Shown here: positions 13,480 to 27,590 of the stretch, piece after piece
Layout: every line of letters begins with the position of its first letter
Position numbering within the stretch: the stretch's first letter is position 1
Source: Rhina ancylostomus
Lineage: Eukaryota
Length of the DNA: 64,000 bases
NCBI GenBank assembly: GCA_030265395.1
Contig: JARFYF010000053.1
Coordinates: 16,331,690 to 16,395,689 of the forward strand
Direction: 5' to 3'
Translations under genes and position numbers: made by a program
Notes under the pieces: model-generated
Databases searched by the model: none
What the model was told of the DNA's origin: nothing
What the model saw: only the letters and a program-made list of their open reading frames with translations

Positions 13480-13725
13480 TTAGTTAATCAATCTTACAAC
13501 GTCAGTGACCTGGGTTCAATTCCGTTGATGTCTGTAAAGAGTTTGTATGTTCTCCCTGTGTCTGCGTGGGTTTCCTCCAGGAGCTCCGGTTTCCTCCCAC
13601 ATTCCAAAGATGTATGGGTTAGGAAGTTGTGGGCATGCTATGTTGGTGCCGGAAGTGTGGCGACACTTGCGGGCTGNNNNNNNNNNNNNNNNNNNNNNNN
13701 NNNNNNNNNNNNNNCAACAAGGCAT
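13480..13725 (+). mobile_element. V-SINE copy (partly N)
   Basis: Near-identical head and V-domain to 52078-52362. Confidence 0.8.
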
Positions 13726-14399
13726 TAATGGAGCCAAATTGAGGGCCAGAACTCAGAACCATGACACTATCTTAATTTATGTTGACTATATGTCAATGTA
13801 GTACATTTTGGACACTGAGCCAAAATCAAAATGATCCACAATGTCCTAACAGAAAAATACCACCTCTTTGTCTATCACTTCTTCACTATTCTGTTATCTT
13901 ACGTACAAGGTGCTCTTCATGCATGGAGCTCCACTTCGCTTGATTAAAGACCAACCCTCAGTCAGTAGTGTGCTGAAAAACAAGGCTGATTTAAAATAGT
14001 GTACATGGACCTGAATGCCAATAATCCCTGCCTCCATCCACCTGAAGGTGAAAATCCACTCAGAATTAGATAATAGATTGCCTGTGCTATTGCTGTAAAT
14101 TATGATGAGCAATAAACACTTATGTCTCAATGCACATAAAGAAAGAAAAATGCCTAGAAGGTGGCCTAAATCTTTAGCATTAACTGTGTGTATAGTAGCC
14201 TCAAAGTGTTATATTCTGCTTTTGAAATTTATTTTGTTGACTTCAGAGGGAGAATATGATGCAGTGAACCTGCTTACCCAGAAAAAAACCTTAGATCTTA
14301 ACTGGAAATATCATATAAAACACAAACCTTTCTGTCAAGTACCTGTTCCCTGCTGCATGAGATGCCCCATTGTGAGGGAGCATGTAAGAAAACTAAGTG

Positions 14400-15110
14400 G
14401 TTCTATAGCCAACAGATCAGATCAAAGCTCTGCTATATCTAGTTGTGAATGGTTGTGGACAATTAAACACCTAAGAGCATTCACTTCCTCAGTGATGGCA
14501 GGGACCAGCTTCCGAATTTTAAAGACAAAAACAAAGCATTCACATCCATGTTCAACCAAGATTGCCAAGTGGATGATTCATTTCAGCTTCCTGCTGAGGA
14601 CCCATCTCTGCAGAAGCCAATCTTCAGCCAATTTGATTCACTGCATATGGTATCAAGAAACAGATGAAAACACTGGATACAGCAAAGACTGTGGAACCAG
14701 GCAACATTGCAGATGGAGTAGTGGAAACCTGCACTTCAGATGCAGCCCACCACTCACCAAGCTATTCCTATTGCAACATTGGTGTCCACCTGACCATGTG
14801 AGAAATTGCACAGATATGCTATTAAAAAAAAGCAGGGCAAATCCAATCCAGCTAAGTAGTGCTAAATCAGCTAACATTGAATCATTAGCAAAGTGATGAA
14901 GGGTGTTAATTACAGTGTTATCAAGTGGCACCTATTTTCCAATAACATGCTTGCTGAACCTCAGTCTAGGCTTTGCCAGGAACATTCTGCTCCAGACTTT
15001 ATCGCAGTCTTGGTCTAAGCATGGACCAAAGAGCTGAATTCCAGAGATGAGGTGACAATGACTGCCCTTGACATCAAGACAGCATTTTACTAACTGTGAC
15101 ATCAAGAAGC
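14400..15110 (+). mobile_element. Decayed CR1/L2-group LINE RT fragment
   Basis: About 14960-15110 translates GFxxEHSAPDFIAVLV*AWTKELNSRDEVTMTALDIKTAF, the RT GFR..S..D...ALDIKAAFD motif. The upstream extent is approximate. Confidence 0.6.
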
Positions 15111-16019
15111 CACACAAGTACCACACAAAGAAGCTAATACTATCATCTGCAAAAACAAAGAACAAATCTCAGAATGAATTTTGCTGAACCTCACTGTTTT
15201 CTGCAAGTGATCATTTACCACTCAAGAGTGCAGTTAAGAAATTTATACTGTCAAAACATCCACAAGCAATATTAGGTCCACTTCTGTGTTTAGAAGCTTT
15301 TGAGCAGATTCAAAGACAGTCTAGAAATGAAGCATACAGCACAGGTATTTGGTCTGCAATATGCAATCCAAGTCCAATATAAAATAAAAATCAAATACAA
15401 CTGAAAATAAGGGCCAGTAGGACAAAGTCTGCATCTTTTGCTCACGGTTCAAAGGGCATCAAACAGATTAATTTACAGTGATACTAACAACATGTAATGT
15501 GCACACAACACAACATGCAGAATTTTCAATTATACCCATATGACCCAAATCATTCACTGGTTATTCATTCAGAAGCAGGCTTTCCCAGTCCCTGGGAGGT
15601 TTGCTTCTCCATGAGGAACTNNNNNNNNNNNNNNNNNNNNCAGTTCTGAAAATTCTTACCAAGTAGGTCCTCCTGATGATAGTTAATTACCAGGCTCTTC
15701 CCTAGTGCCCCCAACACCTCACTATCCACTAACCCCACCTCCACACTCTTCAGTTCCAGAACATGACAAAGAAAGGCCTGTCCAATAGCACATGATGCCT
15801 TTGGGCTCCTGCACTATTGAAATTCTAATGATTATCCCAGGAAAAGAGATTTATGCACCTGAAGCAAACTATCTGGAAAAAGTGCCATTTAAAGGTGTTG
15901 ACCAATTTCTGCCAAGGTTTATTTGAACTCCTACTTGCACAATGTCACAAAAGCTTTACAGTCATTAAACTACCTTTGAAGTGTAGTCACAGTTGAAATA
16001 TAGGAAACATGGTGGAAAA

Positions 16020-16240
16020 GTGAAGGACCATTCTGGATGGAACTGTGAATCTCAAGTCAATGCANNNNNNNNNNAGCACACAGAAGTGGAAAGAGCACAG
16101 TTACTCCCAAACTACCTACCAACAAATCCTCCCAACCTGCTCCTGCACTCCTGTGGCAAAATGTGCAGGTCCCACATTTGTCTCATCAGTCATCTCAGGG
16201 AGTGGAATCAAGTCAGCTGCAATCGCAAGGGACCACTAGA
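16020..16240 (+). mobile_element. RTE-clade LINE 3' end with a C-terminal C2H2 zinc finger
   Basis: SCGKMCRSHICLISHLR matches the RTE terminal CxxCGRxCxSRIGLxSHxR motif, followed by GAGTGGAATCAAGTCA...GGGACC. Confidence 0.6.
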
Positions 16241-17129
16241 GAAGAAGGAAATCTTTCCAATAGTCTCACATGAAAGACTACGATAAAATGAAATGTAAGA
16301 TTCATGGCAAAATGTAGGAAAGGGTAAGAAATTGCCTGAAGGATAGAAAATAAAGTTTATTCGCTAAGGGTTTCATGTCAGGATGGGGAGCTAGTTCCAG
16401 CAGCCACTATTTCGGCCACCTACAGGAAAAGAACAGCAGAAGCATTCCCCTCCAAGTCATACACATATCCCAGTTCCACAAGGAATGCAGCAGTTCAAGA
16501 AGGCTCACCACCTGCTTCTCAGGGATAACAAGGAATGCACCATGGACCACATCACAAAGATTTATATATTTTTTAAAAAGCTCTGAATATTGTGCCAATA
16601 TTGTGTTGATTGAAGTGTCATTTATCTTTATCCAAAATGTACTTTCAAGGACTACAAATGATTAATGACTTACATACTTTATTCATCGAGCATTGATTCA
16701 ATCCACAACATGCACTCCCCATGAGATTGACACTAAAAGTAATGGATACAATGCATAGAGCAAGTCTAGTACCTGGTCCCGCCAGCTTGAGCAAGACCAG
16801 AGAGAAGTCCCTAAGGGAGTTTTGGTGCACTGTGTTAATTCTGTTTTCCTAATGTGAAGCCATTATATCAACACGTGAAATGAATACTGCATGTGTTTAC
16901 TCAAATCCTCAATATATTAAGTGGCTTTCCTACAGTATTCTCTCCCGTCCATGCAATTTCGTCGATTTCTCTTCCATGTTCTCCCTACATGACTTGCACT
17001 ATTATCTCCGATATATTTCACAGCAAGATTTATTATCACTTAAAGCTTTGTCCGTGCTATCTGGCAGCACATCTGTTTATTATCTTATGCATATAAACAG
17101 ATTCTTTAGTACTGAATTGCCAGAGATTC

Positions 17130-17410
17130 TGTCTTTCAGGTAACTTGTTGAACCGACGTCCCTGTTGATTTCTCTGGTGAATGTGAAAGATACTGTGGCA
17201 ACATTCAAAGAAAAGCAGTAGAATTACCCCCAAGTGTCCTGGCCAACGTTTAGTGCTCAACCTACATCACTAATAAAAACAGCTTATAATATCATTAATT
17301 GCATTGCTGTGAATAAATTAGCTGCCAAATTCACTAACCTTATGGAGGTGTCCACATATTAGCTGGACACTTAACTGCTCTGGGGTGTTGTGAAATGTGA
17401 ATGCAAAATT
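17130..17410 (+). mobile_element. DeuSINE-like SINE relic
   Basis: AAAGATACTGTGGCAACATTCAAAGAAAAGCAG..CCCCAAGTGTCCTGGCCAAC resembles the Deu domain. Similar relics occur at about 8470-8620 (-), 47600-47830 and 59500-59720. Confidence 0.5.
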
Positions 17411-19594
17411 TTTAAGGAAATGGAAAAGGGTATATCTAGAAAACTACCTTAGATTGAAAAAATATCTTAATAAAAGATAAATTTGGGATTGCCATCACTT
17501 AAAGTGAACATACAGAAACTCTGGAGGAATAAAGCAAAGAATCGTTTAAGGATGAGTTTGAAGCTGTAACAGTGAGACTGAGGTCTCTCGTCATTGACCT
17601 TCCTCATTGTAAATACATGGTGATCTTGTAAAACAAAATGCCGGTGTATCTGAATCCTAAAACTGATCTTTCTTCTTTCTGTTCTTTTTCCAATTTCAAG
17701 AGCACGTGTGTTCAGCAGGGAACAGCAGATGCAAATCCTCCCAGAAGTGAGATGTCTGAATCCCGAATCCTATCACTTTTCATCCACCTTCATTCGTCGA
17801 ATAAAAAAGCAAACTTCAGAATGCGCGAAATTAATGCATTAAATAAACTCACACTGTTGCTGTAATCTATTACTGTTTTTAATCCCAATTTTTTGCTGTC
17901 AGCAAGACGAAGATAATTTGCATTCATATCTTCCTTTGAGTTAACGAAATATTGGAAAGATTAAACTGACAAGATTTTCATTTTCTACTTTTTCTCCAAA
18001 AGGGATTGACTACGGCCACATTTGTTGGAAGTACCTTCCATAGTTTATATGGGGGGAAACCCCTAATCTATAAAGCAGAGCGGTGTCAGGTATTAAAACT
18101 GAAGCGTTTGAACGTGCAAAGCCGAGCCCCTGGTCATGGCATCCAAACCTCAGGCATTAACTGCTCGGTTCAGATGATCGGGACCTGTTTTGCATTTTCC
18201 AACAATTTCCCTTCCTACAGAATTTTAAACGAATTAAATGGAGACAAATGTCAGACACAGATATACCGTGATCCTCCCGTTGAAAGTGGAAATCTGAAAA
18301 GAGATACATGCAGCAGGATGAGTCCAGAAGAAACTTCGAATTAACTCCACAATACCAACTCAATTCAATAAATGATTAAACACATGGCCAGGCATGAAAT
18401 GAAGCTTCTTTAATTGTTTTTCGACCGTTCCAGGTTCAACCAGATTCCATCGGATTTACTCTGTATCACATCCTTCCCAAGATCTTACAGATCGTAATTG
18501 TTAAGAGGAAACCAGTAGAAAATATCAAAGTAAGTAGGAATTTAAGTCATGCGATAAGTTTTAACTCTAACCTTGATTCACAAAGTAAAATTTACAGAAA
18601 ATACCTAAAAAATACGCCAACATTTTATAATCCCGTTTAAATAGTATGCCTTGGAATTTGCCACAAGTGTCAACGTGCTCTGTTGGGACTCTCGAATTAA
18701 ACTGACCTGCGGAAATTGTTTTACTGCTTTGATAATGAGATTGAGTCCTTGAATTTTGCCTAAATTAATTGGCGGGAAATTTAAGAAGTGAGGTGAGCGG
18801 ATTAGTGACGAGATACAACGCGTTCAATTAACGGATTGAACATGCTCTCTTCGCCTGCACGGTTTAAATACAAGTTAATATATTGCCTGGCCACAATTAA
18901 GATTTGCTTCAATTGAAAACCTTTTTCTAAGTTAAACCCAAATAAAGTTACGCTGTTTTTCTTCTAGGATAATTTGGTGTTGAATATCGTGTCTTGCTCA
19001 TCACCCTGAAATACCTCTAAAAAAATCGATTATTTTTTTGTGGCGATTTCGCGAGGGTTTTGGTTCAGACTTGATGCCACGCTCAAACTTCATGTTTATT
19101 TAATTCATTTTATAATCCCGATACTTTGGGGAGTATTAATGACGATATAACCTAAACAAGAATTATCTGATAGGGGTAAATAAGTTAAAAAGCTCCAATC
19201 CAACAATGATATTTATCAACTGAAATTTTAAGTATTTTTTGTTAATGAATGAATGAATGCGTTCCATTGTTAGATATTGGATCATATCAATGCTCAGGTT
19301 GCGTGGCTTATATCTAAATCTTAAGAGTTTAAAACGTGCAAGAAATCTTGCGTCTTAATGAAAGCAAAATATAAATGCTCCTAACCTGTTTGGCTGCGCA
19401 TTTGTCCATGAACTGGGTCTGATCAGACAATGAATAAAATGTCCTAAACTCTACTGGTTAATTTCAGCGGATCCCTGGAACAATGTCGAAATCGCTCTTC
19501 AAAATGTCAGATATGGGTTCCTAATAACAGGGGCCTCGGTGTTTTATTGGTTCTCTGTAGCGAAGTGCCTTTTTTTCCTGCTCATTATCGAATA

Positions 19595-19717
19595 TGGCGG
19601 ATGCTTAGAAATGTGAAATAAACGCAGAAAATGCTGGGAACACTCAGCAGGTCAGGTACCATCTGTGGAGAGAGAAACACAGTTAACCTTTCGGGTTAAT
19701 AACCTTTCATCAGAACT
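19595..19717 (-). mobile_element. Single-arm short element of the same family with a hammerhead motif
   Basis: The minus strand reads AGTT-CTGATGA-AA-GGTT-ATT-AACC-C-GAAA-GG-TT-AACT, followed by the family tail CTCCACAGATG..CCTGACCTGCTGAGTGTTCCCAGCATTTTCTG. Confidence 0.75.
19681..19717 (-). ncRNA. Minimal type I hammerhead ribozyme motif (best-preserved copy)
   Basis: Core CUGAUGA and GAAA are intact. Stem I is AGUU/AACU, stem II is GGUU/AACC, the cleavage site is UU and helix III is essentially absent. Activity is untested. Confidence 0.6.
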
Positions 19718-22700
19718 TTGAACAGAAAATATTTTACAACTAACAAGACGTTCTAGTAAAAATGTGTAATATTTTCGGGTGCACTCATTGACCTTAACCT
19801 TCAAGCCCAGAACGTGACTGCTTTTCTGGAACGGCAGAGGTGCGTTAGTCATCAGTACAACAGTAACAACTGCAATTAACATTTATATCGCGAACGGACC
19901 AAGGCAGTTCTAGTGTTTTCTGGCGGCAACTCCTTCTAATTGACGTTGATCTTAATTTACAATGTATCTTCAAGGTGTTTCTATGTTTAATTGAAACACA
20001 TTTGTGCTCCACGTCAGATGAAACGTCAAATGACGAGACCCAAGACAGTTTACAAGGAACATAATTGCCCCCATAAAATGACCCAGATTACACATTGTTT
20101 AAACAATTAATCTGTCGGTTTGTTCGGCACAATTGTAAAATCTTAAAATCTTGCAAATTTTTCATTTACATAAAGTCTTTCACAACCTCGGGAGCTGTCA
20201 AAGCTGCTGGAAAACATATTATGAACCCTAGTCATCATTCTAACACGACATTAAATGTGCCAGTTTGATCGGGACGTAATAAAAGTCAAAGATAAGTAAT
20301 GGTAGTCTGTCCCCTCCCTCTCTCCCAGAACTCCCGTTCTGGCATCCAGCGAAATTTCGACCTTTCCGGTTGTATTTTCTCTCAAATTTATCTCCCATTT
20401 GAGAGTTCCAAGATGTTTGTATTTTATAAAGCAAGATCTCATTATCAGGATTTAACTGAGTCAAGGGTATTGAACAGTGTGCAGTTCCCACTGAACCATT
20501 GTTCCCATTAACCTCAGTCCCCACACTCCCTCTGCGAAATCGGAACCTGTTACCCATTTCCAAATTCTGCAGCGATTTTAAAATTAAATCATGCCCTTTC
20601 TCTTTCTCTATCCCGCTCCGAAATATTTATTTGGTATAAACGTGGTACCATTTTCCATTAAAAGGATGTATTTATATATTTCTAGCTGCAGCCTCGTCTC
20701 TTCAGATTTAAAATTAAAATCGAATTATGTCTAAAGAAGTGCCAGATTTATTTCTAAACTAAAGCACGAATACTTTACATTAAAATGTCCATCTTGAGTT
20801 ATTCGCAATTATTTGTAGTTTGCAAATACAAGCTAACATTTTGCCGGACAGGTTAAACCTTAGCGAACACTTGAACCCTCGTTAACAATGCTCCCTTGAT
20901 CCGAATGAAGCCAATGTCGCCCATCTACATCCCCACCCAGCCGAATAATGTCTCCAGTATTTTCAAATATTAAGAAATCCTGAACGCGCGGGTAAAAATA
21001 TTTTGTAGACGTAAATGCATGAATACTTAAATGGTAAATGTATCCTAACAATTGATAGAAGAGGCAATAGTATGTGTGGAATCAATATTTTTGAAACCGG
21101 ATATCTGGATCAAATACGTTCGGAATAGTCCGAGGAATTAACCGGATATGTAAATTCAATAAAATGTATCAAGTTCAGTTTTTATAGAACAAGGGGTATC
21201 AGCAGTTGAATGGAACCGGAATGAACAACTGAAGTCATGCAGTTCAAATGTACCAAACAACGGGACGGATTGGAATAGTTGCACTTGATACTTTGCTGAG
21301 TAATTGTAATCCGTGAAAAAATGGGAAAAAAAGTAATTTTACTCTAGTTCACCCCATCCGCAGGAATGAAATCCCCCTCTAACGGCGTTAATCCCCCTCG
21401 TACTGGTCTTTAATAGATAAACCTTTCAACTTTCGCTGGATGTTACTCATTCAGCTATATCTAGGAATTTAGCGGAGTTTGGGCAATGTCAGTCACCATT
21501 GGTATTCTATCAAGTATCGCTTTGCTTTCGTTTTAAGGTTATTGCTAATATAGGGTTAATTCTGGTTCCGTTTTCTGAAACGAAGATTTGGTTTAGTAAC
21601 TGGCTGTCATCCTGGGGGGAGTTATCATAAAAGTAGAGCTGGAGGGGAGGAGGACGTTAAGCTCCTGCAGTCTATGTCTGCTGCTTCCAAGAGAAATCTA
21701 TCCTCTCTTCTTTCTATATGAATCCACATTCTTCCCCTTTCAAATTTTTGTGCAATGTTTGTTGAGGGGGAAACTGTTTCCATCATCTTCACTCATCACT
21801 GCATTCATAATCCTAATCATTCATGAGCTACAGTACTTCACCTCTTTCACAGTCCCTCCTATTCCATTACAAACCACCCTAAAACTGTACCTTCTGGCAT
21901 TTAATTTTAAAAAATGTCCTATAATATGCTAGTTAGCAAAATTGAAACCCATACAATAAAAAAGTCAGTCGTGTCAATGACACAAAATAGGCTGGAATAG
22001 GAAAGATTTAGGTTTCATCCACTGCAAACGTTTCTCTTTATTAATTCTGTTTTGTTTGCTAGCCCTCTCTGGTCAAAGAAAACAGACCCCAGCCTCTCCA
22101 AATTAACCACAGAAATGTAGTTTCATTTCTGGAACCATTTTAGAAAATCTCTTTTTTATGTTCCCCAAAGCCTTTCTGAAGACTGATATTCAGAAATAGA
22201 GACTACTCTCTCTGCAACCTATGCAGTCTTTTGGTTTTATCTGCCTTTGGCACCTGTTGGCTCTATTTATGAAGCCTGTAATTTCATATATATTTAGGAA
22301 TATCAAACACTTGTGGGGAACAACCCTCAATCTTACTCTTCTTGGATCTTTAAACTATTTAAAGCTATTCAATTTACCCATTAAAACTATTCAATTTATA
22401 CCCTTTAAGACTACTCGATTTAATTCATACTGTCTCTCTTCATTTTTTCTACTACATGTTTCACTGTAAACCTTACAATGGTGAATCTCATCTGCAATAT
22501 ATCCACCCATCCCACCAGCTCTCCCAGGTCAATATTATTTTTCCCCACTGTTCAATACACTTCTGAGCAAAGCTTCTCCATATTTCAAAATTGTACTTTA
22601 TACCTACTCTCTCTGCAACCTATGCAGTCTTTCAGTTTTATCTGCCTTTGGCACCTGTTGGGTCTATTTATGAAGCCTTTATAAAGTCCAATTGACTATG

Positions 22701-24469
22701 GTTTACAAAATGTTTTACATGATTCGATCTCCAGCCAGTCTGCAAAAGCCCTTCAGTCATGTGTTCTATCCCAGTCAGTTTTGTGTCATTTGCTCTTTTA
22801 TTGCAAGGGCTCCAGTTTAGATAACTGGCACCTTTTATGGCATTTTATCAAACATCATTTAGAAGATTTTTAGCATCAACAGTTTCAGTTAAGTATTAAA
22901 ATTGCTTATGCAAATATAATTAAGAAAACGAGTCAAACGCCAAACTACAACCCCGATTAACCTTGCAGTGTCTTTGTTGTTAAACTACAAGCCCAGCAAA
23001 CCATTTGGGAAGCCTATTATTTGTAAGCTACAACTTATGTTTCATTGAATGTCTATTATCACCAGACAGATCTTACACTATCGTTAGTGCTGTGCCACAT
23101 GCATGTGTATTGCCTATTTAGAAAGATATTAATGAGATAAACAGCATTTTAGTCATTAAGAAACTATTCATATTCCATCATGAAACACAAAAGAACAAAA
23201 ATTGTTCATTTTTAAATAAATGAACATCTGCATCTCATATAATAACTAACTAGTTATGTTAATAAATTATCTATTTATGTGTGCTGTGCTCAGATATATA
23301 AAGAAGAGGTTAATGCTAAATGTAGTTTTAAGGAATTATTAGGGAGAATCAGGTGAACCTATTGGGTCAAATGGTCTGTTTTTGTAGAGAAACACTATGT
23401 TAACTACAAAATGAGGCAATGTTTCTCAGCTGGATCCCTCATGGATACTGTGACAAGGATCTGACTCCTAAACAAGAGGAGTATGTCCACAATAATTCAT
23501 CATAAAAGCAAATTAGCCAGTGACCAAAAATATATAACTTTTGGATTCAACTGGGAGATCCGATTACTTGGATTGTAAATTATGTAGATTGGAAAGAAGA
23601 TGAATCATTCATAGACTGATGCATCCCAGAAGGAGACCACTGAGCCAATTATGTTTCTGTCTGCTTTTTGAAAGAGTTTTTCAGATAATCCCACTCTATG
23701 TTCCCTTTCCCATTGTCTTGTATTTTTCCTTTGCATGTGAATGTATAATCATTTTATTATTGATTGTGTTTCCCTATCTCTTAAGCAGTGCATTCCAAAG
23801 CACATTGACATGCTAAGTCAAATTTTCTCTTCATCTGTGTGTCTAATTACCAACTCTTCTACAAGTGGAGAGGGTATTTTTCCCATTTACAATACCTAAA
23901 GACTTCATAATTTTAAACTCTATCAAATCTCACTTTAACCCAAGGAGAAAAATAATACAATCTCCATTCTACGGATATAAATGAATTAACTCATTTCTGA
24001 TTCCATTCTGGCAAATCTCATCAAAGTATTGAACAATAATTTGAAACTGTTGTGCCCAGAATTAGATACAATATTCTGAAAAAGGCCTAACTAATGATTA
24101 GTAAAATTTTACTTTAATTCATACAGTGATATTCAATGTACAGCACAATAATTGTCTATTCAGCACTGTTTATCATACTCTGCAAATCTCCCAAAATCTT
24201 TTATCTCATCTCCTCTTACCAACTTCTATTTGTTTTTCTCTCATGAACTCTTCTAGGTACTTTTTAAAAGTATCTAATCCATTCCCTTCAACCATTCTCT
24301 GTGATTGGTGCCATTTTCTAATTAATTTATATCAGTATTTACACTAAAAGGTATCATCACCAACATCGTGGGTAACTGATGCTAAATCTGAATGAACATA
24401 TAAAAAGAACAATGATGAAATAACACTAACATGAATAACGATGAAAAATTCACCAAAAGAAAACCATTT

Positions 24470-25700
24470 CCCTTCCAAAATTTTGAAGGAAGTGTGTGAG
24501 GATATTACAGATGTTCTAACTACAATCTTCCAAAATTATCCTAATTCATACATGGTTTCTTTAGATTAGAGAATTGAGCACATCATCTGCCTCTTAAGAA
24601 AAGTAAGTTGTAATTCAACAAAAAGTAAGTTGCAGCTTACAAATAATAGGCTTCCCAAATGGTTTGCTGGGCTTGTAGTTAAAAAACAAAGACACCACAA
24701 GGTTACATTATAAAATGTAGCATAAAATCTATTAATGGGAAATTACCAGAGTGTATAGTTTTGGGTAGATTGTCTGAATACATGAAAATGTTCAGCTGAT
24801 CTGAAGGAACCAGCATAGATTTGTAAAAGAATAGGTCATGCCTGAAAAAATTGAGTTTTCAAGTAGTAACTAAGTTGGTAGAAAGGCAGAATCTATGATT
24901 GTCATGTATGTAGACTTTTATGCAGCCATTTGATAAAGTCCCTATGAATACAGGCAAATGTGTGGTTTTTGAATTTGGACTAAAAAAGGATAGAGCAAAA
25001 TAGTTTCTAATGAGGGAAAAGTTGGAAGTTATGGAGTTCCAAAGAAATTTGGGTACTTGTACATGATTATTTTAATGCCATGGACAAGGATAGAAGATAA
25101 TCAAAAGGCCAAATAGACAGAAGTACAAGAGCATAGGATAAAATAAAAATGCTGGAAATACTCAACAGGTCAGGCTACATATGTAGGAAGAGAAACAAAG
25201 TTAATGTTTCAGGTCAATGACCCCTCTATCAGCAGTACTTAGCATTATACCTTGGGAAATATTTTAGTCTTGGAGGTATGTGACAAAGATTTACTAAAAT
25301 GCCTCCTGAATGGCAATGGTTATGTAATGAGCAGTGTTTATACAATCTATATCTGCATTCCCTGGGATTTAGAATGTAAAGAACTGAGGAATTGATGGAT
25401 TGGGTGGAGAGAAATTATTCCCTCCACCTGGGATGCCTGGAACCAGCTAGCATAGCCTAAATAAGGCCTAAGGTTTTCAAGAGTGAAATTCATAAACAGT
25501 TCTACAAACAGGAGATGGTTAAAAGTATGAAACTCTCCTCCAGTAACTGGGAAGAATGATGTCAATTGTTAATTTTAAACCTGAGATTGATAACGTTCTT
25601 GTCAACCAAAAATATTGCATTAATGTATGTCATGGATCAATGATGATCTCATTAAGTAATAGAAGATCAAAGACTCAATTCCTGTTCTATGTTCTTATGT
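24470..25700 (+). mobile_element. Decayed CR1 LINE fragments
   Basis: ILKEV..TIFQN, QH..RSC, YVDF..FDKVP-like segments, followed by a CR1-type 3' end. Confidence 0.6.
25140..25233 (-). mobile_element. Degenerate copy of the hammerhead-bearing short element
   Basis: AAAATGCTGGAAATACTCAACAGGTCAGGC...GTTAATGTTTCAGGTCAATGACCCCTCTATCAG. Confidence 0.65.
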
Positions 25701-27149
25701 AAGCATTGTATGAGAAGAAACTTTTCCTTGTTTCCCTTTAGATTTATTAATAACAATCTTATTGTTGGTCCTTGGACATAAAAGTAATCTCTCTGTATTT
25801 TTCAAACACAGTTTTAATTTTGAAAACCTCTATTAGGTCACCCTTTAGTTTCCTCCTTCTGTTTAGTCTTTCGCAATAATTATAATTTCAGTCTGGGACA
25901 GTCCTGTAAATTTTTTGTACTTCAGCAGTTTTTTTTGGCCTTTTTTATGACACAAAGGCAGATTTCATGTGTATTTTTAACAGCTGTATCCACTTGTCCT
26001 GCCAGCTTCAAAGAATTGCAGCTATGAAGTCCATGTTTCTCTTTTGCTTCATTGTGTTTACATGGCTTACACTGCTTTTCCTTCGAAAGTTTGTCACTTC
26101 AGGGTTAGCCGTCATTCTACCTTTTCTCGGGCCTGTAACCATCCTTCTTTCTGATAACTATACTTTCTAGCTTTGTGTCATACTTTGAAATTATGGCCTG
26201 TACATCAAGTGCAGGCCACGAACTCATCCCAAACAGAAAAATACGGGCTCCTCACGAACTACAGGTATACCTCCCCCCAGTCTCATTCACCATTCACTGC
26301 TCCCATCTTTAACTAGTATTGCATCCGTTCCACCATTGCCTCTTTAGTCACATGGGATTTAGTTTTGCTATCAATTTGCCGTTATTGTTTGTTTGTTGAT
26401 TTGCCTATTTATTCGTTTTCCATCTATTTGTTATTACTTCAATTCGTTAAAACGCTCCCGCTTTGGTTTTACTTAGTTACCATTAAACTATTCACAGAAC
26501 TGAACGTCTTGAAGCAAATCTAATTTGTCCAAAATACCAGCATTCCGTTTTCATTTAAGGTCACATTTTTTGAACATTAAGGCAAACGGGGGTGTACTTG
26601 GGGAAAATGCAATCTCAGTGCCTGAATGTAATTTAAATGTTATAAAATGTAGCAGGTCGCCCGATAGAAGTTTCGTGTTGGGGCTGAAGTTTTCTATGCA
26701 CATCTCCTGTCCGAGGTTGTACTTCAGTTATATATTTATAATTCTTTCAAGAACAATAACTTTAAAGAAATGCACAATACTCCAAAATAAGAGGCTTCAA
26801 TCACTATGTTTTTTTTCGGGGTTGGAGGAGGAAATGTGTGACTGTGAGGAGCGGAGATTAACACTCGCTACCGGGAGACTGAAGTAGCTTCGATCCATCA
26901 ACAGCTTCCCAATATCAGGTAAACAAACACTAAATTACTCACGGGCACATTCATTCACGGTCCCACTTGACCGGGCGTTTCAAAGCCACATCAAAAATAA
27001 TTGAACATAATCCATTAAAATTAGGTCAAAACTAGGAACTGAATTTACCTAGCCGCTGATGTTTTATTCAAATAGTTTTCCCATGATACCGGCAGACGAT
27101 CTTGCTTCTTGGCAAGTTTCGGGTGTCGGAAAACAAAATTACGCTGAAT

Positions 27150-27590
27150 CAATTGTACTCCGAAACCTCGCGGAATATTCAGCGGACTTCTCGTGTTGTA
27201 ACTCAAAATGTAACGAGGGGCATTTTTCAAATGATATTATTCAGTGGATCCGGCAATCTGGTATTGTTGTATTTATCATTACCGAGTGTACTGTTTACTC
27301 TGTGAGCTTCATACGACCAGGGAATTTCAATTTTTATTATCCAGATTGGTCCGGTGTATTGTTCACGTTTTTCTCGGAATGTTCATGGTGCTATTACGCG
27401 GGGTAGTACTTGCGATATTGCTCAGAATTTTTCATAATATATTTATTACTCAAGACACTGTGCGGGAAATACTCGGGATATTGTTCAGGATACCGTTCGT
27501 ATCAAAATCCAGATATCATTGTAGGTATTACTCTGCATACTGTGGGGATAATGCTGGAGATATTGTTCGGAATGTTACAGAGCGGACTAA
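27150..27590. repeat. Degenerate minisatellite, unit about 12 bp (TATTGCTCGGGA-like), upstream of exon 1
   Basis: TATTACGCGGGT, TATTGCTCAGAA, TATTACTCAAGA, CACTGTGCGGGA, AATACTCGGGA, TATTGTTCAGGA and TATTGTTCGGAA. Confidence 0.6.

Larger units (their letters stand above)
17600..21660. promoter_or_regulatory. Upstream CpG-retaining, AT-rich domain (candidate enhancer region)
   Basis: Abundant CG despite low GC content, few TEs and many TAAT motifs. Confidence 0.55.

Noticed and set aside
14102-14896. Longest ORF in the track (264 aa)
   Set aside because: No recognisable domain or splice context; it overlaps decayed SINE/LINE sequence and is likely a chance open frame.
18769-18779. E2F-like site TTGGCGGGAAA and a TATA-like element at about 18069 as a second promoter
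   Set aside because: Isolated motifs with no associated exon or ORF.
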